Source: Schmidtea polychroa (taxonomy: Eukaryota). Taken from it: a stretch of DNA of 64,000 bases. The notes beneath the pieces were generated by a model. The model was not told where the DNA came from and searched no databases. It saw only the letters and a program-made list of their open reading frames with translations. Each line of letters opens with the position of its first letter. Positions within the stretch are counted from its first letter, which is position 1. A program made the translations under genes and the position numbers. Location: the NCBI GenBank assembly GCA_044892525.1, contig CM097888.1, positions 91,016,001 through 91,080,000 of the forward strand. Reading direction: 5' to 3'. This document shows, piece by piece, positions 26,301 through 38,273 of this stretch.

Positions 26301-27815
26301 CAAAGGACAATTTCACGACCACAAGCAGACAATAAATAGAATACACATAAACATGGATTGTACCAACCTTCCGACACAGATCGTTTAAATATTCGTTTTA
26401 CTAAATCTAGAAATTATTTCAATTACCTTTTACCTAGATCTCTATTATTTATTATATTTAATATTAGATGCATTGCATTGAGAACCAATGTTAAACAAGT
26501 AAAAACATTTCCATATTCAGTAACCTCACCATAAGGTACAAGGCAATAATTCCCTTCTCCACTAACAGTAGTCTTAACAGTCAGCTAAAGTCAGCCTCCA
26601 CATTTGTATGAATATCAATGACAAAATATTATAATGTGATAAATTATTTGCATAATATATAATACTAGGAACGAAATCCCATTATATGGACTGGGTTGAT
26701 AACATCACATGGAGAATTTTACAAATATTATTTAAGAAAATGTAAATATAAAATTTCATTGATATAAAATTTAATTAAGAAAATTTCAAATCAATACTTT
26801 ACTGACAAATTATAAGTAAAAAGTTAAGGTAAAATTATTTTGCTACTCAACTCGTTTTCTCAGCATCATCATTTGGCATCTTATATTAGATATTTATTAA
26901 TGACATATAAAAGGAATGATAAATGAATAAAATGTGGGCAACGTTCACACCTATTTGTGAAATATCCGCTAAAGAAATTGATAAAAGACTAGAATAATTC
27001 ATAAGGTATAAAATGAAGATATAAAAAATCAAGTATAAGAAATAAATTCTAAAAAATATCTTAAATAAGAATCTGACATTAAAAATTTAATTGTGATGTC
27101 TAATTGCAAATAATTGGCATAAAGGGGAAGCTGAGGTAATGGAGCATTTCATTTAGAGATGAAACTTTGCTAAGTTGATAGAAGGAAATTGTTTCAACCA
27201 CATTATGATGTATTTGTGATTCGGCTTTGTGAAGGGTATGAAATAAATAACAGCAAAATGAAGCATACAAAAGCATAAATATTTCAATAGAAAATATACA
27301 TTCAAAATATGGTATAAACTAACTAATTTTATATCGGTTGCAGGGACAAGAAATGTGAAATTAGAAATATTCTCACGAATGAGGAGAAAGAAAAAGTGCA
27401 AACGAGAGGAAAAAATAAATTTTTTTATATTTTTGGAAGGTAAATAATAAAATATTTTATTATATTTGAAACATAAGGATAGATTATCATAGAATATTTA
27501 TATCATTAAATTAGATATTTTTAAGATAATAAAACATTTTTCAATTGAAAAACCAAAATAATTAAATTACCAATGACTGTTTGCCTTTTTTATCAATTTC
27601 TAATATCATAAACCAATTTTAATCAGAATACCAATGAATGATATGGAACCATATTTTGTATATTATTACATTTATTATGAGGTCTATTCTATAATTTTCC
27701 ATATTTATGGTTCTAACCAGTCATATAAGCTCTAGATCAAGGAACACAACAAATGTTAGGAAATTGATTTTCCCAGCAAAGTTTTTTGTTTATAAAAATA
27801 AAAATCAAATTCAAT
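23316..27815. repeat. Segmental duplication copy 2 (B cassette + ~4-kb spacer)
   Basis: Near-identical to 11818-16460 apart from small indels (e.g. the poly-G at ~13195 is absent here). Confidence 0.95.
23464..23899 (-). CDS. FN3 cassette 6 (B-type variant)
   Basis: Exons 23899-23718 and 23668-23464. SGPVTNLSITSLFP...QNTTGAC. Open frame. Confidence 0.85.
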
Positions 27816-28308
27816 NNNNNNNNNNNNNNNNNNNNNNNNNNNNNNNNNNNNNNNNNNNNNNNNNNNNNNNNNNNNNNNNNNNNNNNNNNNNNNNNNNNNN
27901 NNNNNNNNNNNNNNNNNNNNNNNNNNNNNNNNNNNNNNNNNNNNNNNNNNNNNNNNNNNNNNNNNNNNNNNNNNNNNNNNNNNNNNNNNNNNNNNNNNNN
28001 NNNNNNNNNNNNNNNNNNNNNNNNNNNNNNNNNNNNNNNNNNNNNNNNNNNNNNNNNNNNNNNNNNNNNNNNNNNNNNNNNNNNNNNNNNNNNNNNNNNN
28101 NNNNNNNNNNNNNNNNNNNNNNNNNNNNNNNNNNNNNNNNNNNNNNNNNNNNNNNNNTATCAGTAAATCTGTTCTGACATAACATTTGATAAATTTCAAA
28201 TTAAGCTACTTATCATTGTAAGTAATATAATTTCATTAAATGTTTGAATTTTTAATCCTACGAAATTCTACCAAATGTGCAAATCAAAAATAAAAGAAAT
28301 TCACTTAC

Positions 28309-28747
28309 TATATTGATTTGTCTGAAATGTTTGACTTGTTGAATTTCCCCATCCGAAACCGTTCAATGATATCACATTGATTGTGTAATTTTTATAAGGT
28401 AAAATCTTTCCATCATTGATTGTGACAGCAAATGATTGATTATTTGAACTAAATGTTGATCCAGTTATTGCATAACATTGACCAGTGTTATTATTGGGCC
28501 ATGTTTGAATTGATATCTATATCAACATGCAAATCATCATTAATAGCAGCATTGGTCAAGCTCACATTATTTACACAGCCAGTGCAATTCAATGACATTG
28601 TCAATACGCATTCACTCTTCGTATTCTGCACCCAGATCAAATATTTCACGATTTCTCCATTCGCAACTTCAGGAGGTGACCAAGTGATAAACAGTGGCGA
28701 TGAAGGAAATGAACTCGTTATATTTAAATTTCTCACGGAGCCACTGG
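28309..28747 (-). CDS. FN3 cassette 7 (two exons)
   Basis: Exons 28747-28566 and 28516-28309, open frame, intact splice sites. Confidence 0.85.
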
Positions 28748-29710
28748 CTGAATGAGGAAAAAACAATTAAGAAATATTTGATATTGGAAAGTAGTAAAGA
28801 AACACTATCTAAATAGACAAAAAAAACAATTTCAATGAATAAAAATGTTTGTAAATATCATTAAAAAGTCTCAAAGATGAATTATTTGTTAATATTTCCC
28901 GTGATAATGAATTCTGCTTAACCCAGGAGGTTCCTCCTCATCCATGAGGGGAAATTTTACGTCATTATAAAATTTAACTTAGGGAAATCATGCAAATAAA
29001 TAACAAATTCGACAACTCTTTCTAGAATCTTGAAAGCTTCTTTATTTCAAATTATTTATCAAAATCTATTTCATAAGCTCAAATTGCTCAATGCATTTGT
29101 ACTCCTAGGAATCTTATAATTGTATTTTATTTCTCGTTTTATCCTCCATAATGTAAATCAAATCTAGCGATTCATGGAAAACGTACCTAACTTTCTCTTA
29201 ACAATTTTGAATATATCAAAAAATTTTACAACCTTAATTTTGAATGTTTATTGTTTCTTGAAACTTTCTTTTTGTTATTTTTATGACAAAGTACATAAAA
29301 ATGTAATTATCTCACTCATCCTATTCTGGATATATGATTCATTTTGGATATTATTTAACAATTTAGGTAAAGAAATTTCTAAACAGTCCCCATAGGATAA
29401 TCAAAAAATTAAATATTATAGTTATAAAATTAATTTATAAAAATAAATATTATTAATACGAAAAATAATGAATATTAAAAATAAAAATATCAATAAAAAA
29501 AATATATTTAAAAAAATCAANNNNNNNNNNNNNNNNNNNNNNNNNNNNNNNNNNNNNNNNNNNNNNNNNNNNNNNNNNNNNNNNNNNNNNNNNNNNNNNN
29601 NNNNNNNNNNNNNNNNNNNNNNNNNNNNNNNNNNNNNNNNNNNNNNNNNNNNNNNNNNNNNNNNNNNNNNNNNNNNNNNNNNNNNNNNNNNNNNNNNNNN
29701 NNNNNNNNNN

Positions 29711-30690
29711 TTCTACAGAAAACCAGCTCGCAAAGAAATATTTATGCACCAAAGATCAGCGCTTCCATACTTACAGAAAGTACATGTCATAAGAAACGAG
29801 AAACGAAGAATAGCCAATCGATGCACGGAAGAAAACGAAAACTTTAAAGAGCAATCAAATTTCAATAAAATCCTACACCGAAACGGATACCAAGGTGAGG
29901 ACATTGAAAAAATGAATTCTACCCCAAGAAGATCTAGGGAATTAACACAAAAGAATCAGAAATATTTCTATCTGAATATCCCATTCATCAGTGACATACT
30001 CGACTTCAAGATCCTGAAAGAACTTAAACGTACCGGTCTTCCAATTCGGATAGCACATAAATCTTGGACATTGAGAAGGGCTCTGGCAGGCAACATAAAT
30101 AGAGAAAACAATTGCACAATGAAAAACTGCCAGACACCGAAAGATATGTGCTTTAGAAAAAACATCGTCTATTGCATCACGTGCAATGTATGCAATGAAA
30201 TCTACATTGGAAGTACCCTCAGGACATTGCACCAAAGAGTTAAAGAACATCTAGATCCTGGTGGAACATCCTCGTTGGGCAGATATCTCCGGCAGTGTCA
30301 GCCAACAGAGGAAAGAAAAAATATTTCAATAGAAATCATAGCTAATGGAAACATCCAAAAGAAAAATGTCAGATTCAAAGAAGCAATCTCATCACAAACA
30401 GACGGCCAAAAATCAACACTAAAGAAGAAATCAATGAAATCATGAATTTGATCTGTTGTCATTGACTTTGAGAATAACTGACAATATATAAAGAAATTAA
30501 AAAAAATAGAATAAATTAAAAAGTAATAATTAGAATAATATAGAAAAAAAATTTTAAAAAATAGGGTTTGAAAATCAAAATTGACACATTTATTGAAATA
30601 TTTAAATAGCATATATAAGTAGTTATTGGAGGCTTTATTTAAAATATTTTCAAATATTTTATTAGGCTTCTAGAAGCTAATTATAGAAGC
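29711..30690 (+). mobile_element. Penelope-like element 3' part with open GIY-YIG endonuclease frame
   Basis: ORF to 30445: FYRKP...YFYLNIPFIS...NIVYCITCNVCNEIYIGSTLRTLHQRVKEH...KEAI. Same family as 6650-9545. The 5' part is hidden in an N gap. Confidence 0.9.
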
Positions 30691-31254
30691 TGTAAAAAAT
30701 TTAAAAATTTTTAGTTTGTGTCATTTTGAAATTTAAATGTAAAAATTATAAAAAATTTTAAAAGTTTTTAGTAAAACAATTCATTATATTTACAACCAAT
30801 GAGAATTAAGAGAAAGGAAATAAAAGAAAGATTGAAGGGTATTTTGAGGAAGAACATTGCTAAATTCCAGGAGATTGACAAGGACTATCGTATAGTCGAA
30901 AATTCTTTCATTAAATACATTATTTGCAGCAAAAGGCTTANNNNNNNNNNNNNNNNNNNNNNNNNNNNNNNNNNNNNNNNNNNNNNNNNNNNNNNNNNNN
31001 NNNNNNNNNNNNNNNNNNNNNNNNNNNNNNNNNNNNNNNNNNNNNNNNNNNNNNNNNNNNNNNNNNNNNNNNNNNNNNNNNNNNNNNNNNNNNNNNNNNN
31101 NNNNNNNNNNNNNNNAGTAAATTTGTTCTGACATAATTTTTGATAAATATCAGATTAAGCTACTTATCATTGTAAGTAATATAGTTTCATTAAATGTTTA
31201 TGAATTTTTATTAATTTTCTGTGACTCTACGAAATGTAAAAAAACTAAAAAATT

Positions 31255-31850
31255 CATGTACTATATTGATTTGCATCCATATTACAATATTTTCAATTTA
31301 ATTCTTTGCTGACGAAAGATCATTTCAGGAAAGATAATCTATTGATTATGATATTATCTTTTGCTCAACATATTATTATTTATTTCTTGTACGGTGTTTC
31401 TTTGGTATTGACTCTACATAATCCAGTTGGTTTATTTCATGCCCTAATTATCTGCTATTTGATTCATTACTGTTTTGAAGACATTGGTTATAAATTGTCA
31501 TATTTTCGGCCGATCTTCAAATAGATGCCTAATGAAAGAATTGTAGATATGCAAAAATATATTTCTCAGTGTTGATAAAGCAAATGACCGATCCCCTGAC
31601 TCTTATTTAGTGTGGATCATAGCAGTAATGTTGAATGATAATTTAATTGGAGTTCTTATTTTGTTACTAGGCAAACTGATATAAAACCTATTTATGATTT
31701 CACGAATCTTCTTGTTGCATATTGTATGATTTCAGGTGCAGATTATTTAGTTGAACATTCCTTTAATGAAGTTATACTCAAATTACATTCTCCGTTGAAC
31801 AGTGTCACAACAATTATATTTGTAAATGATTTTGTACTCCTAGGAATCTT
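31255..31850 (-). pseudogene. Highly decayed coding relic, possibly non-LTR (RTE-like) reverse transcriptase, between the same flanks as FN3 cassettes; second copy ~39290-39790
   Basis: Stop-ridden frame includes SV(I/D)CFIN(T/Y)EK and LGHEI, reminiscent of RT CFIDxEKAFD. The identification is weak. Confidence 0.3.
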
Positions 31851-32568
31851 ATATTTGTATTTTAGTTCTCGCTTTATCCTCTAAAATGTAAATTAAATCT
31901 GGCGAGTGATGATATATAAGTGGAAGTTTGCCACAATCTTAATATCCTAGGATTGATTTTTACTAATAAACCTGAAAATATTCCAAATAAAAGTTTAAAA
32001 ATAAATTCTCGCTAGAAAAATGCTTTAAAATGATTTTTACTAAAGACTTGAAAAAGACTTTTCATTAAAAAATGAAAAATAAACATTCTCAACTAAAAAA
32101 GTATTCATAAATAATTTTCATTAAAATTCTTTAAAATAATTTCGCACTAGAAAATGCTTTAAAATAATTTTTATTAAAAAATCCTAAAAGAATTTTCATT
32201 AAAAATAAAGAAATTATATAATATAAATAAGAAATAAAAAAATAAGAAACAATGACAATGAAAATAATAATATAAATAATAATAATTATAATTGGTGAAT
32301 CATGAGTTGAAGTGTCACGTCTGTGTGCGGTTTTTGCTCGGAAATTGGATTTATTTTGTATGCGCATACAGACGCGGACAATTTGTTATTTCGAGTTGTT
32401 ATTATCGAATTTTGGAGTTTTTCGGTTTTTTTGTATCTTATTTGGTTTTCAAATTCTTGGATTGTTTATTGGAAATTGTTTTAAAATGTGACTTTTTTAA
32501 AAATTTTGTAATTTTTGTGTTTTTTTGAAAATAAAAGATTTAAATTGAGTTTGCTTGATCATTTCGAA

Positions 32569-33236
32569 ATGGAAAATGGTATGGATTTTGAAAATGCTAA
32601 TGATAATGAAATGGAAATGTAATTGAAGCATGTGAAACAGATCTTGATGAGGGTGAATTTGAAGAAATTATTCCATTAAAAGATGATGCAAAATTTGTTT
32701 TGAGTGGTCATTTGAATGTTGTTTGGTCAGTAGTTTGTGACAATAAATCGAGAGTTGCATTCACTGGTGGAATGGATGATACTATAATTGCATGGAGTTT
32801 AGAAGATGGCAAACAGATTAATATATTATATGGACATTCAGAATTAATAACGAAATTAAGCATCAACGAAGCTAACTCATTCCTTGTAAGGGTGGATTTA
32901 TGTAATTATGTAATCGTATGGAAATAAAATCTTGATCAAACGAAGTTTAATAAATTCAAATCAGTAGAAGTTTCAGATATTATTGACTATAAGTGGATAG
33001 TTTATCCATTATCCAAAGATGAATTTCTATATGTTCAACCAATAAAACTGGAACAGACGCATGGAAATTTGGACACGAATCTATATAAATTGGACTTTAT
33101 GCTTGTCGTTATTCCCGAAGATGATTTATTACAATTTGAGGAATCAAGTCTAAGACTTTTAGTTAGTGCTTTGAAAGAATATAATGCAAAATTCCAGATC
33201 AAGTATATCAGAACAAATGTTCTTTTCGAAAAATAA
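32569..33236 (+). pseudogene. Intronless WD40 gene fragment, AAMP/SQT1-like N-terminus
   Basis: Acidic N-terminus, then DDAKFVLSGHLNVVWSVVCD...AFTGGMDDTIIAWSLEDGKQINILYGHSELI...VIVWK*...VEVSDIIDYKW, colinear with the first WD repeats of AAMP as I recall them. One frameshift near the start and one in-frame stop. Confidence 0.65.
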
Positions 33237-33582
33237 ACAATAAAAACAAAAATAATGTTAATAATAATANNNNNNNNNNNNNNNNNNNNNNNNNNNNNNN
33301 NNNNNNNNNNNNNNNNNNNNNNNNNNNNNNNNNNNNNNNNNNNNNNNNNNNNNNNNNNNNNNNNNNNNNNNNNNNNNNNNNNNNNNNNNNNNNNNNNNNN
33401 NNNNNNNNNNNNNNNNNNNNNNNNNNNNNTCTCAGTAAATCTGTTCTGACATAACTTTTGATAAATTTCAAATTAAGCTACTTATCATTGTAAGTAATAT
33501 AATTTCATTAAATGTTTATGAATTTTTAATCCTACGAAATTCTACCAAATGTGCAAATCAAAAATAAAAGAAATTCACTTAC

Positions 33583-34021
33583 TATATTGATTTGTCTGAA
33601 ATGTTTGACTTGTTGAATTTCCCCATCCGAAACCGTTCAATGATATCACATTGATTGTGTAATTTGTATAAGGTAAAATCTTTCCATCATTGATTGTGAC
33701 AGCAAATGATTGATTATTTGAACTAAATGTTGATCCAGTTATTGCATAACATTGACCAGTGTTATTATTGGGCCATGTTTGAATTGATATCTATATCAAC
33801 ATGCAAATCATCATTAATAGCAGCATTGGTCAAGCTCACATTATTTACACAGCCAGTGCAATTCAATGACATTGTCAATACGCATTCACTATTCGTATTC
33901 TGCACCCAGATCAAATATTTCACGATTTCTCCATTCGCAACTTCAGGAGGTGACCAAGTGATAAACAGTGGCGATGAAGGAAATGAACTCATTATATTTA
34001 AATTTCTCACGGAGCCACTGG
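33583..34021 (-). CDS. FN3 cassette 8 (two exons)
   Basis: Exons 34021-33840 and 33790-33583, open frame. Confidence 0.85.
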
Positions 34022-34703
34022 CTGAATGAGGAAAAAACAATTAAGAAATATTTGATATTGGAAAGTACTAAAGAAATACTATCTAAATAGACAAAAAAAA
34101 CAATTTCAATGAATAAAAATGTTTGTAAATATCATTAAAAAGTCTCAAAGATGAATTATTTGTTAATATTTCCCGTGATAATGAATTCTGCTTAACCCAG
34201 GAGGTTCCTCCTCATCCATGAGGGGAAATTTTACGTCATTATAAAATTTAACTTAGGGAAATCATGCAAATCAATAACAAATTCGACAACTCTTTCTAGA
34301 ATCTTGAAAGCGACTTTATTTTAAATTACTTATCAAAATCTATTTCATAAGCTCAAATTGCTCAATGCATTTGTACTCCTAGGAATCTTATAATTGTATT
34401 TTATTTCTCGTTTTATCCTCCATAATGCAAATCAAATCTGGCGATTCATGGAAAACGTCCCTAACTTTCTCTTAACAATATTGAATATATCAAAAATTTC
34501 ACAACCTTAATTTTGAATGTTTTAATTGTATCTTGAAACTTTCTTTTTGTTACTTGAGGCATTTTGTTACAAAGTACATGTAAATGTAATTATCTCACTC
34601 ATTCTATTTTTGATAAATTGTTCATTTTGGATATTATTTAAGTATTTAGGTAAAATATTTTTTCAACAATTTCCATAGCTTAATCAAAAATTAAATATTA
34701 TAA

Positions 34704-36630
34704 TGATTATTAGTCACAGAGCTTCCGGTATTAATATAATCCATAACTGAAACTTTATTAACACGTTTTTTATTAAAATTACGAATATTATTAAAACAAA
34801 TTATAACGTCAATTTGTTTGAGGAGTTTCTAAAAATTAATAATTAATGTATAGGTAAGGATTTCAACATACAATCAAACATGCGCAACATCATACCTTTA
34901 TTTTAATACAAATTACAAAATGCCTTATATACCCCCTTTTTTAAAACTCTTCAACCACTCAATATTTCTCGTGGCAGTACTTCCATTTTCCAATATTATT
35001 TCGTAACCTTGATCATGAATCTTTGTAGTAATGACACCTGGATCCATATATCTGTTATCACTTTTATTTCGAACATTTACTTTGATCAACACGCAATCTC
35101 CTATTTGAAATTGGTGATTTGTCGTTTGGTTGATTTTTTCTTGTTCCAATATTTCTGGATAATTCTCTATAAGTCTTATTTCCGAACACCATTTCAGCTG
35201 GAGTCTTTCTAATACTTTTTTGAAAAGTTGAATTCAACATAAACTGTACTTCGCGAAGAACATCTATCCATGATTTATGTCATTTATCTTTGAGTGTTAT
35301 CTGTATTGCATCTCTAATTGTACGGAATTGTCTCTCAATCTGTCCATTCGCTGAGTGATGATATTGACTTGAATAATTAATTTCAATATTGTGGAATTCC
35401 ACAAAATCTTCCATTAGCTTTGATTGAAATGATTTACCTCTGTCACAGTTTATTATCCTTGGTGCTCCAAACTTCATTATCCACTCTTCTTTCAGTAATC
35501 TTACCACTGTTTTTTCATCTTGCGATTTCACTGCATATAAAGAAATAAACTTACTATGATGATCTATAATCCCAAGAATATATCTTTCTCCTTTCATTGC
35601 AAGTTGTAATGGACCACAAAAATTTACATAGATTGTTTCAAATAATTTCGAATCACATTTCCAAATTATTTCTTCTTTTGTTTTAGTTGTATCAATCTTT
35701 CTTTTCTGACAGTTTTCACAGGTTTGTACAAAATACGAATAGATTGCTCCAAATCTTTCATATCAAAATTTTTTGATGCATACATTTTTACTTTTTAGCA
35801 CCCGCGTGACAGAGCTTTTTATGATATTCTATGATGAATTCAGACTTGTTTTCTTCTGGAATCCAGATTTTATTATTATTCGTCATAATCACTCCGTTGA
35901 CATATTTAAAAAATGTTTTATACTAATATTTTCTTTATATATTTTCAATTTCTTTCGAGTTTTTTTGCCATAAATTTTCAATATTATCAGTCGTCAGTGT
36001 CAACAATATTGTTTTAATTTACCCATTTTAATATTTTCGTGAATCGTTTGACATTGAACACATGTTTCACATTCTTTTCTAAATAAAGCGTCGGCATTAT
36101 TGTGCTTATCACCTTTTCTGTATTGAATCTTCATGTCCAGACCACTAATATGGTTAATCCAAGTTTGAAATTGTAGGGTAATAGCTTTCTTTGTCTCCAT
36201 CATAAATGTAATGATTTTGTGATCCGTTCTCAAAATAAACTTTTTAACATATAAATAATGATTAAAATGACCAGTAAAATAAAATATAGATAGTGTTTAT
36301 TCATAGCTAGGGATCAATATGCGATTACTCTTTCTTTTTTCCATCTTTTTGAGACAGAACAGCACCAATGCGGTCAAAACTTGCATCTGTATCTAAAATA
36401 AATGGCTTAGAAAATTCTGGGAAGTGTAGACGTTAATTTTAGTTTTAAATTTTGAAAGGATGTTTCACACTCATCAGTCCACATAACGCTTCTAATACTT
36501 TGGAATTTTTAGTGTAATTTTCTATAAATCTGCGATAGTGATTTGCAGAGCCTAAATATTCTCTCAAACTTTTTACGCATTTAGGTCTTTCAAAATTTTT
36601 AATAGTTATCACCTTTATTTCGAACATTTA
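34704..36630 (-). mobile_element. 5'-truncated degenerate Ty3/gypsy fragment (RT end, RNase H, integrase, PPT, 3' LTR)
   Basis: KSLREYLG, RTDHK, ILGIIDHHSKF...GQIERQFRTIRD. PPT AAAAAGGGGG at ~34932-34941 is followed by an LTR-like ~226 bp ending in CA at 34704. Confidence 0.88.
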
Positions 36631-37104
36631 CTGGATATATTGTTCATTTTGGAAATAATTTAACAATTTAGATAACAAATTTTCTCAACAATTTCCAAAG
36701 CATAATCAAACATTAAATATTATAATGATAATTATAAAACAATGAAAAAATATAATATTATTATGAAAAATAATAATAAAAATATTAATAATAAATGATA
36801 ATAAAATTAANNNNNNNNNNNNNNNNNNNNNNNNNNNNNNNNNNNNNNNNNNNNNNNNNNNNNNNNNNNNNNNNNNNNNNNNNNNNNNNNNNNNNNNNNN
36901 NNNNNNNNNNNNNNNNNNNNNNNNNNNNNNNNNNNNNNNNNNNNNNNNNNNNNTCAGTAAATCTGTTCTGACATAACTTTTAATATATTTCAAATTAAGC
37001 TACTTATCATTGTAAGTAATATAATTTCATTAAATGTTTATGAATTTTTAATCCTACGAAATTCTACCAAATGTGCAAATCAAAAATAAAAGAAATTCAC
37101 TTAC

Positions 37105-37543
37105 TATATTGATTTGTCTGAAATGTTTGACTTGTTGAATTTCCCCATCCGAAACCGTTCAATGATATCACATTGATTGTGTAATTTGTATAAGGTAAAA
37201 TCTTTCCATCATTGATTGTGACAGCAAATGATTGATTATTTGAACTAAATGTTGATCCAGTTATTGCATAACATTGACCAGTGTTATTATTGGGCCATGT
37301 TTGAATTGATATCTATATCAACATGCAAATCATCATTAATAGCAGCATTGGTCAAGCTCACATTATTTACACAGCCAGTGCAATTCAATGACATTGTCAA
37401 TACGCATTCACTATTCGTATTCTGCACCCAGATCAAATATTTCACGATTTCTCCATTCGCAACTTCAGGAGGTGACCAAGTGATAAACAGTGGCGATGAA
37501 GGAAATGAACTCGTTATATTTAAATTTCTCACGGAGCCACTGG
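37105..37543 (-). CDS. FN3 cassette 9 (two exons; first amplified cassette in transcript order)
   Basis: Exons 37543-37362 and 37312-37105, open frame. Confidence 0.85.
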
Positions 37544-38273
37544 CTGAATGAGGAAAAAACAATTAAGAAATATTTGATATTGGAAAGTAGTAAAGAAATA
37601 TTATCTAAATAGACAAAAAAACAATTTCACTGAATAAAAATGTTTGTAAATATCATTAAAAAGTCTCAAAGATGAATTATTTGTTAATATTTCCCGTGAT
37701 AATGAATTCTGCTTAACCCAGGAGGTTCCTCCTCATCCATGAGGGGAAATTTTACGTCATTATAAAATTTAACTTAGGGATGTTTTGAATGTTTTAATTG
37801 TATCTTGAAACTTTCTTTTTGTTATTTTTATGACAAAGTACATGTAAATGTAATTATCTCACTCATCCTATTCTGGATATATGGTTCATTTTGGAGATTA
37901 TTTAACAATTTAGGTTAAGAATTTTCTCAACTGTTTCCATAATCAAATATTATAATGATAATAATAAAATAATGAAAATATAAAATATTCATACGAAAAA
38001 TAATAAGAATAAAAATATAAATATAAATAAATAATAATAGTAAAATAAAATAAAAAGTANNNNNNNNNNNNNNNNNNNNNNNNNNNNNNNNNNNNNNNNN
38101 NNNNNNNNNNNNNNNNNNNNNNNNNNNNNNNNNNNNNNNNNNNNNNNNNNNNNNNNNNNNNNNNNNNNNNNNNNNNNNNNNNNNNNNNNNNNNNNNNNNN
38201 NNNNNNNNNNNNNNNNNNNNNNNNNNNNNNNNNNNNNTCACTATCATCATCAGGTTACCTACATTCACCAGGG

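Noticed and set aside
34198-34226. Overlapping hairpins AGGAGG-TT-CCTCCT / CCTCAT-CC-ATGAGG upstream of A-type cassettes as Dscam-like selector elements
   Set aside because: The loops are only 2 nt, pairing is not maintained in cassettes 2 and 5, and no complementary docking site was found near the 48815 donor.
4381-37551. Repeated plus-strand ORFs MLIQLLHNID... (~100 aa)
   Set aside because: They are antisense shadows of the FN3 exons. The minus strand has the recognisable domain and the splice signals.
3465-38268. ORFs made largely of X
   Set aside because: They span N runs and carry no information.
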